From Octopus sinensis (taxonomy: Eukaryota), in contig NC_042997.1 of assembly GCF_006345805.1 (NCBI RefSeq), positions 70,618,001-70,682,000 of the forward strand: a stretch of DNA of 64,000 nt, given 5' to 3'. This document shows, piece after piece, positions 1 through 12,784 of this stretch. The position numbers and the translations under genes are program-made. Position 1 is the stretch's first letter. Each line of letters begins with the position of its first letter. Below the pieces are notes generated by a model that saw only the letters and a program-made list of their open reading frames with translations, had not been told where the DNA came from and did no database searches.

Positions 1-96
1 ATTTTACTATAAAATTGGATTCAATCCTAAATCTGATTTTTCCCTGTAAGTTTGGATTTATTCCCTAATATTTTATTATATATATATACATATATA

Positions 97-298
97 ACGG
101 GAAGGTTTACGAAAATAAACAAAAGACGAAGGCAGGTGGAGTACAAACAAACAAATGTATTAGTATGGCGCTCAGGAATAGAAATAGAACAAATCTTTTA
201 CGTTTCGAGCCTACGCTCTTCGACAGAAAGATACACAGAGAAAAAACAAGGAGAGAGAAAAAATGCGTGGAGGAGCTAACGATCTAACATGGCGATAT
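97..298 (-). repeat. Dispersed repeat, probable Penelope-type terminal repeat with a hammerhead-like core
   Basis: Homologous to 37283-37472 (same orientation) and 51465-51636 (opposite). Minus strand reads CTGTCGA-A-GAGC-gtag-GCTC-GAAACGTA at 197-226. Confidence 0.55.
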
Positions 299-307
299 AT
301 ATATATA

Positions 308-652
308 TCACCTTCACTATAACCGACCAGTCCGCCGGGCGTCCATTTGACACCGCTGGTCACAGCACGCTCCACTCCTCTCTGGAATCTGGTTGGAATC
401 TCGTTGAGAGAGCACATCAGCAGCGAAGTCATCAGCGAAGTCATCCGGCGTGAGTGATGTCATCTCAGAATATACATGGAGCAAGTTTAGATGGGCTGGA
501 CACGTCGCACGGCTCACCGATAATCGGTGAACGCACGCAGTTGTCGAGTGGTACCCACGCGAGCGGAAACGACCACGCGGAAGGCCTCCACGACGGTGGA
601 GTTACGATTTCAGGAAGACGAATGGGAGCACGTGGATGAGAAAGGCGCGATT
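308..652 (+). mobile_element. RTE-clade LINE 3' fragment (degenerate)
   Basis: Translates across shifts to SLREHISSEVI..DVISEYTWSKFRWAGHVARLTDNR*THAVVEWYPRERKRPRGRPPRRW, the typical RTE C-terminus (WAGHVAR, GRP..RW). Flanked by (TA)n. Confidence 0.85.
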
Positions 653-653
653 C

Positions 654-702
<49 letters not shown>

Positions 703-709
703 ATATATA

Positions 710-932
710 CTCTTTACTCTTTTACTCGATTCAGTCACTTGACTGCGGCCATACTGGAGCACCACCTTTAGTCGAGTAAATCGAGCCCAGGACTTATTTT
801 TGTAAGCCTGGTATTTATCCTATCGGTCTCTTTTGCCGAATCGGTAAGTTACGGGGACGTAAACACACTAGCATCGGTTGTCAAGCGATGTTGGGGGGAC
901 AAGCACAGACACACAAATATATGTATATATAT

Positions 933-1028
<96 letters not shown>

Positions 1029-1187
1029 ACGACGGGCTTCTTTCAGTTTCCGTCTACTAAATCCACTCAGAAGGCTTTGGTCGGCCCGAGGCTATAGTAG
1101 AAGACACGTGCCAAAGTGCCACGGAGTGGGACTGAACCCGGAACCATGTGGTTGGTAAGCAAGCTACTTACCACACAGCCGCTCCTG
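710..1187 (-). mobile_element. tRNA-derived SINE (main family) with internal (TA)n
   Basis: Minus strand has a tRNA-like head (caggagcggctgtgtggtaag...ggttccgggttcagtccc), a body, an internal TA tract and a 3' tail GTGCTCCAGTATGGCCGCAGTCAAGTGACTG followed by GAGTAAAAGAGTAAAGAG. Copies at 21221, 33951, 51237, 55432. Confidence 0.85.
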
Positions 1188-1220
1188 TATATATATATTA
1201 TTTATTTTTTTAATATTTTA

Positions 1221-1263
1221 TCTAGTATCAGCTCACGAGCTGTGGCCATGCTGGGGCACCGCC
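1221..1263 (-). mobile_element. Ultra-short CR1 LINE 3' terminus
   Basis: GGCGGTGCCCCAGCATGGCCACAGCTCGTGAGCTG matches the 3' ends of the CR1 copies at 16303-16345 and 59380-59418. Confidence 0.8.
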
Positions 1264-1306
<43 letters not shown>

Positions 1307-1619
1307 GATATATATGTATGTAATGTATATATATATATATATATTATATATATATATATTATATATATATATATATATATATTATATACATGCATCTGAC
1401 TTTCAACCTATATGTATGTGTATGTGTACATGTGTATGTATAAGTGCAAATAACTTTAAACGTAGGAAATAAACGTACAAAGTTGATGTATTTTCAAAGT
1501 GCAATTTTAATTATTTCCATTTGTCTGTATTACACATTCGTTTACAACCCGCATATTATGTTTGCTATTACTGTAAACTCTTTTTCTAAGTGTTTACATA
1601 CTACCATATTTCCCCAACA

Positions 1620-1880
1620 CCATTACACCCACCACCACCATACCAGCAGCAGCAACAACAGCTACATCAACTACTATTATTACTACTACTATCAACGTAA
1701 TCATTATCATCATCATCTTCTTCATCATAACTAGTACCATCACCATCACCACCACCAACATCATCATCATCATCATCGTTGTCGTCGTCGTCATTACCGT
1801 CATCATCATCGTCGTCGTCATCATCATCACCATCATCATCATCATCTTCAACCTTGTTATTATTGACATTAATATTGTTG
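1620..1880. repeat. Compound trinucleotide microsatellite (CAC/CAG/CAA/TAC/CAT/CGT)
   Basis: Direct reading; the overlapping ORFs are homopolymeric. Confidence 0.9.
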
Positions 1881-1896
1881 TCGATGTTGTTGCTCA

Positions 1897-2435
1897 GGTA
1901 GACAGCTGGCACGATCGTTAGGACAACGGACAAAATGCTTAGCGGCATTTCTTCTTCCAGATCTTTGCTTTCTGACTTCTAATCCAACAGAGGTCGACAT
2001 CGCCTTTCATCCTCTCAGTGTCGATGAAATAAGTACCAATTGAGCAATGGGGACAATGTAATCGGCTTACTCTCTTATCCGAAACTATTGCCTTGCTCAA
2101 AAATTGAAACTCATATTATATAAAGGCGGCGAATCGTTAACACAACAGAGAAAATGCTTAGCGGTATTTCGTCTGCCGCTACGTTCTGACTTCAAATTCC
2201 GGCTAGGTCGACTTTGCCTTTCATCCTTTCGGGGTCGATAAATTAAATACCAGTTACGCACTGGGATCGATATAATCGACTTAATCCGTGTGTCTGTCCT
2301 TGTTTGTCCCCTCTGTGTTTAGCCCCTTGTGGATAGTAAAGAAATAGGTATTTCGTCTGATTTAACGTTTTGAGTTCAAATTCCGCCGAGGTCGACTTTG
2401 CCTTTTATCCCATCGAGGTCGATAAAATAACTAAT
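1897..2435 (+). mobile_element. Three tandem or partial copies of a second SINE family
   Basis: Repeated core aaatgcttagcgg(c/t)atttc...gtcgactttgcctttcatcctttcggggtcgataaa at about 1935, 2150 and 2350. Minus-strand fragments at 24270-24530. Confidence 0.7.
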
Positions 2436-2470
2436 CCAAAGTTTCAGGCCATGTGTCTATAGTAGAAAAG

Positions 2471-2472
<2 letters not shown>

Positions 2473-2526
<54 letters not shown>
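2473..2526. repeat. (TTA)n array at the 3' end of a minus-strand Dong element
   Basis: Direct reading. Confidence 0.95.
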
Positions 2527-2528
<2 letters not shown>

Positions 2529-3450
2529 GTTTGACTTTTGCTTCATATTTGTACGAGATGACTCCAAGTCTCACACAGAGATCTCAAGAGACAACAAGTT
2601 AGAAGTTCAAGTTGGTGTTATACCTAGGGTGTCAATCACTACACGTTTCCATTTCAGAATCGTTGCACTATAGCAACAGTCAATATGTTGATGGCAGTCA
2701 CAAGGTTCAGTGCATTGAGTTTTGACATCAAGAGAAGCTTGAGGCGTTTCAAATATACAGTAGTGACCTTGTCTTTCATTTCTCTGTAAAAGATATTGTT
2801 GAGGCTATTTGTACCCGTCAACATGTGGATCTCTCTTTCGCTTTCCATTTGGCAATTCTATGGCACTGCATTTTGCTTTTCCCCCTGTTTGAAGTGAGAC
2901 CGAACACTTTGAATTCCCGAATTCCATTCCTAAATCCTTATCTTTACAGTTTCAACCAGCCTTTCCGTTTCCGTGAATGTTCTTGCAAATAAATTCAAAT
3001 CTTCCACAAAGAGAGGGTGGCTGGGACGAGGTCTATTCTTCCTCAGCCCACAGTGCGCATTGACTTTGCTTAGAACAACAGATAGTGGGATCAAAGTCAT
3101 AACAAATAACAAAGAATAGCAAGAATCTCTTTGGAAGATTGTTACCTCGGCTGAGTGCTGGTTGTTACAGAAAAGACGTGTTTTCCAACTAAGCATGCTG
3201 TTCTTGATTGGAGCATGCACATTCCCAGCTACTTCACTCCTGTGGAGTATTTCGAGAATTCACGAATGTAGTAACACGTGATAAGCCTTTTTAAAATCTA
3301 TGAAGGCTGTGCACTAGGATTTTGGCACCATTTGCAGTTCTTCATTTGCAGTACTTCATTGCCTATCACAAGGTGGTCCTTAATGCCCTTGAATGTTTTC
3401 CGACCTCCCTTCTGTTGTGCTGGAAATAGATTATGATTGGTGTAAGAGAT
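2527..3450 (-). mobile_element. Dong/R4-clade retrotransposon, internally deleted pseudogene
   Basis: Minus translation gives LFPAQQKGGRKTFKGIKDHLVI, IFQRDS..LLFV..IPLS, HPLFVEDLNLFA and YLKRLKLLLMSKLNALNLVTAINIL. The 3' UTR (gcaaaagtcaaacata-TAA) matches 26790-26888. Confidence 0.8.
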
Positions 3451-4829
3451 GTAGAAATATAAGAATAAGACGATGATACGAAGTGAGACGGAGGTGTTGC
3501 ATCACTCAACTAGTCATACGCTTACACAGGCCATTGCGGGAAGCAGGATCGCAAACAGATAAGACCAATGTTATATGGTCTCCGTAAACGCTGAAGACAT
3601 AAGCGATATCATTAAGTCTGTTCCCTATTGTGAGCGCTGAATGAAAACCAATGTGACTGATGATATCTAGAGAAAGGCCAGCCTCGATTAACGTGGTAGT
3701 AAGAACCACTTGAGGGAGTTTTTTTCTTAAGAGACCAGCGGCGTAGAAGGATCAACAGCAATCTCCAGAAACTGCCGTTTCCAGAGATACATCGCTCGTA
3801 GTCCGGCCGTTACCCGAAAAATTTGCCTCTGCCTATCGATGGAGATGAAATCTCCGTTTCCCCTCTATGGCCATAACGCCGTTGGACCATCTATCGTCTT
3901 CCGACATTGGACAGGAAGGAGAGGGTAGACGAGTGTGGATATATGTAGGGAGAGCAAAACAAAGACTAAAAATATTTGTATTTATCAAATTTTATGGGTT
4001 TACGAACTTTTGATATATTGTGTAAAGTTATGGCTCTACTCTTAGATTTTATTTAACAGTATCTGTACATCAACTCTCGTATGTAAAACATTACAATAAC
4101 TGAAAGCATTGTTATTATTGCGGTTGCTGTTGCTGTTGTTGTTGTTGTTGCTATTGTTGATTTTGCTGCGGCTGTTGCTGCTGCTGTTGTGGTTGGTTTC
4201 AATTTAGTTGAAGTGAAGGGAATTGTTTTCAGACCTCACCGACTAGCTTGGATTCTTACCAAGTATTACTAGATAAAGATTTCCATTAGGTTTATATTTA
4301 TATATTTCTTTAATTTTATTTCTTTGTGAACAGGGACTGGAAGTTTGCTGATGTCTGCCCCTCATAAAGAATTTCTCTCATAGAATCAGAATTTTTCTTA
4401 CTTTTTACTATTTAAAAATCTGCTTCACTTTCCGATAATTTGTTTTTATGTATATGAAAATTATATCTATTTTACTGATGGGCGTATCTATTGTTACTTC
4501 TATTTAGTACAATTTCTCATTCTTTTCGGGAGAAAAGTCTATACTATGATTAAATTTAGTATAGCTTTTTCTCACTAGAGAAATGAGAAATTATGCTATT
4601 AAAATGGAAGTAATAGTAGACATGTCCCGCCCGTCCCACACTAGTAAAATGGATCTAATTGTCATATGCATAAGAACAAATTATCGGAAAGTTAAACACA
4701 ATGTTAAATAGCAAAAAGTAAAAATAAAAATGAAAGAGACAGACAACTCCAAGCTCACATGATCACACTTTGACACCTCAAAAGGCAAAGAAGACAACTA
4801 TAGTAGTAACAAAACATTTTGTGAGATGC

Positions 4830-4856
4830 AATAATAATAATAATGATGATGATGAA

Positions 4857-4890
<34 letters not shown>

Positions 4891-4909
4891 TTGGTGGTGG
4901 TGGTGGTGG

Positions 4910-4956
<47 letters not shown>

Positions 4957-5018
4957 GTGGTGGAGGTGGTGGTGGTGGTGGTGGTGGTGGTGGTGATAAT
5001 GATGATGATGATGATGAT
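4830..5018. repeat. Compound (TAA)/(GAT)/(GGT) microsatellite
   Basis: Direct reading. Confidence 0.95.
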
Positions 5019-7437
5019 GGAAAAAGACACTTCAAGCAAAACGGATTGTTTGAAGCTAATCAGAACTTGTTTCAGGAACTAGATGGCCAAATACACGTAA
5101 CAATTATACCAGAAGCAGAGGAAATCAAGGCATTCTGGAGAGGGATCTGGGACCAACGTGTAGGGCTTAATGATGTAATGGAAATCCAATATAAGTTAAG
5201 AAATATAGAAGTCCAAGAAAACATAAAGATAACTACAGAAATGATAAAAATGCAGTTAAGAAAATTTTCAAATTAGAAGATCCCAGGATTGGATTGTCTC
5301 TAAAGTTGTTGGATGAAGAAGCGGAGAGAGTTCCATGAAAGGATAGCCCAACAGCTAGGTGAGTGCTTGAAGGAAGGTGCAGTACTTAGTTGGATGACAA
5401 AGGGGAAATTGTTATGTGCCAAGGATCCTAAAAAGAGAAATGTTGCATCCAACTTTCGACCGATAATGCGTCTTCCGCTAATGTGGAAACTAATGTCAGG
5501 TGCTTTGTCTGTTAAACAGTACATATACTTGGAAAAAAATGGGCTGCCACCCACCGAACAGAAACAGCGTTTAAAAGGAAGCCGGGGTACGGAGGATCAA
5601 TTCTAAATTAATAATCTAATTATGAGGGACTGTAAGAGAAAACAAACAAACCTGAGCATGGCATGGGTTCACTGTCACAAAGCATACGATATTATACCAC
5701 ACTCTTGGATAATAAGAACAATGGAAATGTATAGATTAGCAGAGAATATGAGAAGCCTTATATGAAATAGCATGAAATACTGGAGAACGGAATAGATAGC
5801 AGGGAAGCAAGTACTAGGAAAGGCGAAAATCATGAGAGGAATCTTCCAGGGAGACAGTGTATTCCTACTGATATTCGTGCTGGGAATGATCCTTTTGAGT
5901 GAAATACTACATAAAACAAAGTTGGCGTATGATTTGGGAAGAGGTAGGGGGAAAACACTATTTGCTATTCACGGATGACTGGAAACTATTCACAAAAACT
6001 GAGGCAGAACTGGACAGCCTAGCCCAGTCTGTGCGGATTTCCTCCAATGATATTAAGATGGCGTTTGGACTGTTAAAATATTCTACGATGGTGATGAGAC
6101 GAGGAAAGATTGCTAGGACAGAAGGCATATAGTTGCCAACAGGTGAAATGATGAAGGCAATTCAACCTCATTCCAGCTATAAATACCTAGGAATACTTGA
6201 GGCAGAGAGAATCAAACACCACGATATGGTGTATGCATTTGAAACTAGTGTATCTGCGACGAATGAGAAAAAATATTGGCTTCAAAGCTGAATGCCAAAA
6301 GCATAATTTTGGCAATAAACTCGCGCGCAGTCGCAGCAGATAGGTATGAGTTAGCTATGATGTTGGAATCATGAAGTGGACAGAGGAGGAGTTAAAGGAG
6401 AGGGACAAGAAGTCAAGAAAGCTCCTAACGATTCATAAGGCCCATCATCCACATGCAAATACTGATCGCCTATACATGAGCAGAGCAAAAAGAGGAAGGG
6501 GACTGATAAATGTGGTAGACAGCGCGCATATTGAACTCGAGAGCTTAATGAGATACCTAACCAAATGAAAAGAAATCTTGCTGGTGACAATTAGGAACGA
6601 GGCAGTAAACAGAGCAGAGAAAAATGGAAAACAAAAGAACAAAATGACATGATGAAGAAGGGACTACACAATCAATTCCAAGTAGTCACAACAGAATTTG
6701 CTGGAAAAAATACATGGGATTAGCTGATGGGGGAAACCCTAGAAAAAGAGACCGAGAGCACTATACTGGCGGATCACCCTGAGGAATAAGTAAATGTCTC
6801 CTCTGTGCTGCATCTGCAATAGAGAGGATGAAACCATTACACATGTCACGAACGAATACCCTAGACTTGCCGAAAACGTTGTGGCAACACGACCAGGTAG
6901 CGAAAGTGCTACATTGGAAACTGTTAAAAGACAGAAGCAAGACGTGGTATGAGCACAAACCGCAGAGAGTGGCAGAGTCGGAGACTAGCAAAATCCTCTG
7001 GGATTTCCCAAGCCAAACAGATTAGGTGGTAGAGCATAACAGACCAGATCTAGTGGTGGACAAGGTACATCACATATGCTATATAGTTGACGTTGCATGA
7101 CAATTTGACCATCGAATAATCAAGAAGGAAGGCGAAAAGATAGATAGATACAACCCACTTCAGTACGAAATAGCCCGGCTATGGAAAATGAAGAAGGTGA
7201 AGATATTGCTAATTGTTGTTGGATCCTTGGAACAGTATCAGAAGGCATCAAGAGGAATATAAAGGAAATTGGAACAGAGTGCTCAGTAGAACGGTCACAG
7301 AAAGTCTGCCTCCTTGGCACGGCCAGAATAATCAGACACGTATTAGATACCTGAAAAGAACGGATAGCATGGTAGCGTAGGATGCAGGTAGTAAGCCCGC
7401 CACGCATGTAAAACTCTAGGAGCTTCAACAAAACCTG
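5019..7437 (+). mobile_element. Dong/R4-clade retrotransposon, 5'-truncated and heavily degraded (RT, zinc knuckle, RLE)
   Basis: KRHFKQNGLFEANQ..FWRGIW, SNFRPIMRLP..WKL, GIFQGDS, LLFTDDWKLF, HHPHANTDRLYMSRAKRGRGL, CPLCCICNREDET, HNRPDLVV and IVVGSLE motifs, with many stops and shifts. Ends in (TGA)n. Confidence 0.9.
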
Positions 7438-7458
7438 TGATGATGATGATGATAATAA

Positions 7459-9104
7459 ATACCTCTTGTTCTGGTGCTAAGTTCATTGTTTTGATAGCCC
7501 TTTTCTCAGGTTGTTCCTTCGCGGACCATATTTCTTTCCAATATTCTTCCACTTCTGCTATTGGTGCGGCACTGATATCTATTTTATTTTTGCCAAGTTC
7601 TTGGTAGAATCTTTAGGGGTTGGAGTTGAACTGTTTGTTTTGTGCAAAGAAACGTTGGCGTTTCTTATACCGGCGGATCCTTTGTGCTTTGGTAAGGATA
7701 TCTCCATTTAGTGGTTCTTTTACCTGAGGTAAACCTTTTTCTGTAATGTATTTGCACAGTATTTTTATTCTCTTCTTGTTGCTTAGTAGTGTTGAGCGTG
7801 TACTAGTTTCGTTAAGGATTTTTTCTCTTGTTTTCAATATTTTTTCTAGATATTATTTATCCACAAGGTTTGTTTGCGTGTTGGTTGTCCTGTTTGGATG
7901 GGTTTGAGGAAGTATCCAGCTTCCTTTGTAGCTAAAGTGGCTGCTGCATATATTATGTCACTTAGCTCGGTAATATTGACATTCGTTTCTGCGGCTACTA
8001 GTTCTGTGATGGCCAGCTTCATGCTATTCATTATTGATGTTGTTTTAATATCTATTTTGATCTTTGGTAGGTTTAATCGGTGGTCCATACTGAGATCTGT
8101 GGCTTTCAGTTCTTTGACTGTGCTCATTTCCTGAGTATCATAATCATTCGGTTCCCCTTCAATGTTTCCAGGTTTTAGATTTGTTTCTCTTTCCTTCCCG
8201 TTCATATGTTTGTCTGTGTTGTTCTTGTTTGGTGCATTTTGCTCATTATACATTCCTACGGTCTGGGTTTGTTGTCTTTTGTTGTTTACTTTCCTTTTGT
8301 TGGATATGTTACGTCTGCCTTCGTGGTTTAGAGTTCCAATGCTTATGGTATTATTTGGCATTGCTCTGTGGTTACAATCTACATTTTCCTGATATATTTT
8401 TCTTTTAAGTGTTCTATTTCTATTTCTGATGTTATTTTTTTTGAGAATATACCTTCGTATGTTAGTTAGTTTATTAGGGTTCATTGCTGCACCAAAGTCT
8501 TCATTTAGATTACGTTTCTTCGAGGTTTTATATGCAAGTGTTGTGGTGTTTTCGTTCTTTGAGTAGAGCACTACTGTAAAATAAGCGTGTAGGACTGAAA
8601 TATATTCCTCACATGTCCATTTATGCTGTTTTGATTTTATTTACGGGGCACGAGGAAAAACGCCCGGCCCTATATTTTGATGGTCGTTTTCGTAGGGTAC
8701 CGGTCCGTTCATTTCTGGTATTATATTGTTTTGCATGTGTAGTTTTTCGTACTTTTTCTGTAGCAAGTTTAAAGTATGTACTTCCCGAATGTTATTCTTG
8801 GGTTGAATAATACCGGTATTATTTAAATTAGTTGTAATTTTTTTGTACATGATGTTTGGGGACGGAGATGGTCTCGTGTTGATGGGGTCGTAATGTGACG
8901 AGCGTGTGTATATGTGTTGAGCGAGTAGCTCATTTCAATGAGTATTACTTACTCGGATATAGTCCAACACTTTGTCGGCTATTTTTTTGGCTCCGTGCGA
9001 TGTCTTTATTCCCAATGGTTTGGATAGACATCGGAGCAGTGTTTTATAGCTCTCACACGTAAAACGTCCCCGTGTCTTCTCATATATCAAATGTCCCCGG
9101 TGTT
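7459..9104 (-). mobile_element. Dong/R4-clade element, 5' UTR plus N-terminal ORF only (3' part missing)
   Basis: KWTCEEYISVLHAYF, RLNLPKIK..ITELSDIIYAAA, KAQRIRRYKKRQRFFAQNKQFNSNPK and EEYWKEIWS are the pre-RT region of R4/Dong. Begins right after (TAA)n on the minus strand (9105-9180). Confidence 0.8.
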
Positions 9105-9689
9105 TTATTATTATTATTATTATTAGTATTATTGTTGTTGTTGTTGTTGTTGTTATTATTATTATTATCATTATTATTATTTACTTTTAATCTATATGTT
9201 TGTTACAATCACTCAGCAAGACACACCAGGCGTTCTAGAGAGAATGAAGGATAAGAGATGTAACAATATGACTGAAACAACGAGAACATTTTTATTGACG
9301 AAGATCGCCGCCCTTTGTATCCTTCACATATCCAACGGCCTTCGCATATTGAACATCGTTTGACACTCAATGAGGGGCTAATGGATGGTCTGAACAAACT
9401 GTGCGAATCAGTTTAATTTATTATGCACTTTCTACGAATATGAGTCTTTGTGCCAATATGACCGTCACTTACTACAACAAAAAGTAGTAGAATATTGGCA
9501 GAAAATGTAGTATATCACAAAATTGAATGACAGCGACTTCTAAGTTCAGTTACATCAGGAATCAATATAACTATTATTTCTTCTCTGATCGATAAAATAG
9601 GTTCCAATCAATTATTATCCTCTAGTCGATTGACTACGCCCGACATATGCAATTATTAGACTTTATTGCTTTTTCTTAGTTTCTTCTGT

Positions 9690-9714
9690 TTTACTACTAC
9701 TACTACTGCTGCTG

Positions 9715-9765
<51 letters not shown>
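9690..9765. repeat. (TAC)n/(TGC)n microsatellite
   Basis: Direct reading. Confidence 0.95.
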
Positions 9766-10109
9766 TGGTTGCTAATGGTGCTGCTCTTGTTCTAGGCGTT
9801 GTTGTTTCAATTGGTGTTGTTGTTCTAAAGCGTTATTTTATGAGGTACTAAACAGAGAAGAATTGGTATTATTTTATCTACTCAACCGAAAATGTTTCTT
9901 TTCGTGCGTTCTGTGTTGCTTATTAGTCAGACATTTTCTTGTTAGTTAGCTCTTCAACACGACCATGGAGAATAACTTAATTGAATCTTGTTAGTCTTAT
10001 TTATTTCTGTGTATTTTAACGTCTTGTATCGTTTGTACCAATTATGGCTTCCTTTCATAGACCAACCACATTCACGCGCATACATAGCTAAGTATACATA
10101 CACCTATGG

Positions 10110-10350
<241 letters not shown>

Positions 10351-11211
10351 GCAGGTACGCAAACACAACCGTTCTTCTTGTGAACATCTAGCCAATTATT
10401 ACTTATTCAAGTGTTTGTTTTATTTCAATACCTATGATTACATTGGAAGCAATAATATTATGATCAAAAATGGCCTCTAAACTAACTACATAGTTACAAG
10501 ATTTAGAACAAATCCAACGACAATAGGCGGGAAAGTGAGAAACAAGAAATCAAAACATAACAGGACTGTAGGAGTATATCAAAACATAATTATCACTAAA
10601 AACACCTATTACGCGAGGGCCTCGGAGATTTTGCCAGGCCTTGAATTTTAAAGTAATCATCAATAAGACAGACTACTTTTGTTTTATTTTATATTACGAT
10701 GGTATATTTTCAAACATATTAGTTAGAACGTTGTTATTGGTGTTGTCTAACACAGGTCAGTGCCTGAACACACACATATGATGAAAGTGGTTCAAGTGGA
10801 TACCAGGTTGTGTGTGTATTCACACACACACATACACACACACATACTCACACACACACACACACAAACAAACACACACACACATACGTAGTTCACAGAT
10901 GAGCTCCAGAGAATCTCATTATAGAAGACAGTAATGTTCAAAAGATTCAAACTTAGACGCAAATATCTTTACAAGAGATCGATTCCACAAGGTAAAGTGT
11001 AACTATAGGAGGGATCAAGTTGAACGGATCTAGAGGTAATTATGCGGCTAAACAAATTAGATATAGTAAATATAATAGTTTGGGTATGAAATACAAATCA
11101 TGTACACGCAGACTACTATATTTAAAATTGCCCCTCTCTCGCTCCCTTTCTCTCTCTCTCTCTGTCTCTCTCTCTCTCTGTATATACACACACACACACA
11201 CATACACACAT

Positions 11212-11276
<65 letters not shown>

Positions 11277-11342
11277 ATAGAAATGGCAAGACAACAAAAG
11301 AATGAAAGAGACCTCGATATTATGTAAACAGAGGAGTTTATC

Positions 11343-11548
11343 TGTAAATATAATATGTGACAATTATTCGGTAGCCATGATAAAAACTCCGGTTATAACT
11401 TCAGTTATCGGGCCATCGAAAAAAATGTTATAGCACTTTTTTCGATGGTCCGATAACTGAAGAGATGCCGGCGTGGGTTTCCGCCCCGACATCCTAAACT
11501 CGGAGTTTTATCATGGCTACCGAATAATTGTCACATATTATATTTACA
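11343..11548. repeat. Nested inverted repeat (about 48-bp outer arms, 26-bp inner arms)
   Basis: 11343-11391 is the reverse complement of 11501-11548 (1 indel); 11399-11425 pairs with 11437-11462 (1 mismatch). Confidence 0.9.
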
Positions 11549-11563
11549 CACACACACACGCAT

Positions 11564-11612
<49 letters not shown>

Positions 11613-12177
11613 AACCTGAATATGTATACATACATGATATATATATATATATATATATCATGTATGTATACATATTCAGGTTTGTAAACGAATGTTTACT
11701 TTTTCTTTTTGGGATGGTTTAAATCGGTCGATTTGTAAGAGATTTTGCTGCTACTCATGAATTTATAGAACTATGCACAATTCTATTGTTGACTCGAGAT
11801 GTTGATCAGCTCAATTCAGCCCTGTTAGACAAAAATATGTTACCACTTATGGTCATCCAAACGTTTTTAGATCACCTGATTCCGTGTGCTGTCGCTCCTT
11901 ATTATTAGATAGCAGGCGTGACTTGACTTCATTCATCTGCTATTTTTAGCAAGTGTGACACCGTTGCTTCATTGTCAAGAGTCTTATGATAAAATATTCA
12001 CATTTAATAAATGTAGCTATCAGGAATTTATTTAAATATCTTTTACCCTTAGTGGTAAGATTGCGATCATGCTGGGGCACGGCCTTCAACAATTTTAGTC
12101 GAACGGGTATGTAAATACACCAACACCAGTTTTCAAGTACACACACGTATATATATATATATGTGTGTGTATGTGTG

Positions 12178-12358
<181 letters not shown>

Positions 12359-12385
12359 ATATATATATATAATATATATATATGT

Positions 12386-12722
12386 GAAGGCGCATGGCTC
12401 AGTGGTTAGAGCGTCGAGCTTACGATCGTGAGGTTGTGAGCTCGAATCCCGGACCGGGCTGCGTGTTGTGTTCTTGAGCAAGGCACTTTATTTCACGTTG
12501 CTCCAGTTCACTCAGCTGTAGAAATGAGTTGCGACGTCACTGGTGCCAAGCTGTATCGACCTTTGTCTTTCGCTTGGATAACACTGGTTGCGTGGAGAGG
12601 GGAGGCTGGTATGCATGGGCGACTCCTGGTCTTCCATAAACAACCTTGCCCAGACTTGTGTCTAGGAGGGTAACTTTCTAGGTGCAATCCCATGGTCATT
12701 CATGACCGAAGGGGGTCTTAAG
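12386..12722 (+). mobile_element. tRNA-derived CORE-type SINE
   Basis: A box TGGCTCAGTGG, B box-like GCTCGAATCC, then a CORE-like segment ttcttgagcaaggcactttatttcac..cactcagctgtagaaatgag. Inserted after (TA)n. Confidence 0.8.
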
Positions 12723-12728
12723 ATCTTA

Positions 12729-12784
<56 letters not shown>

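Noticed and set aside
5019-9104. Twin-priming inversion of a single Dong element
   Set aside because: The inverted 5' piece lies downstream of the 3' end rather than upstream, and the overlapping protein region is too divergent.
12386-12460. tRNA gene
   Set aside because: A and B boxes are present, but no complete cloverleaf is evident and it continues into a SINE body. The same applies to 56055.
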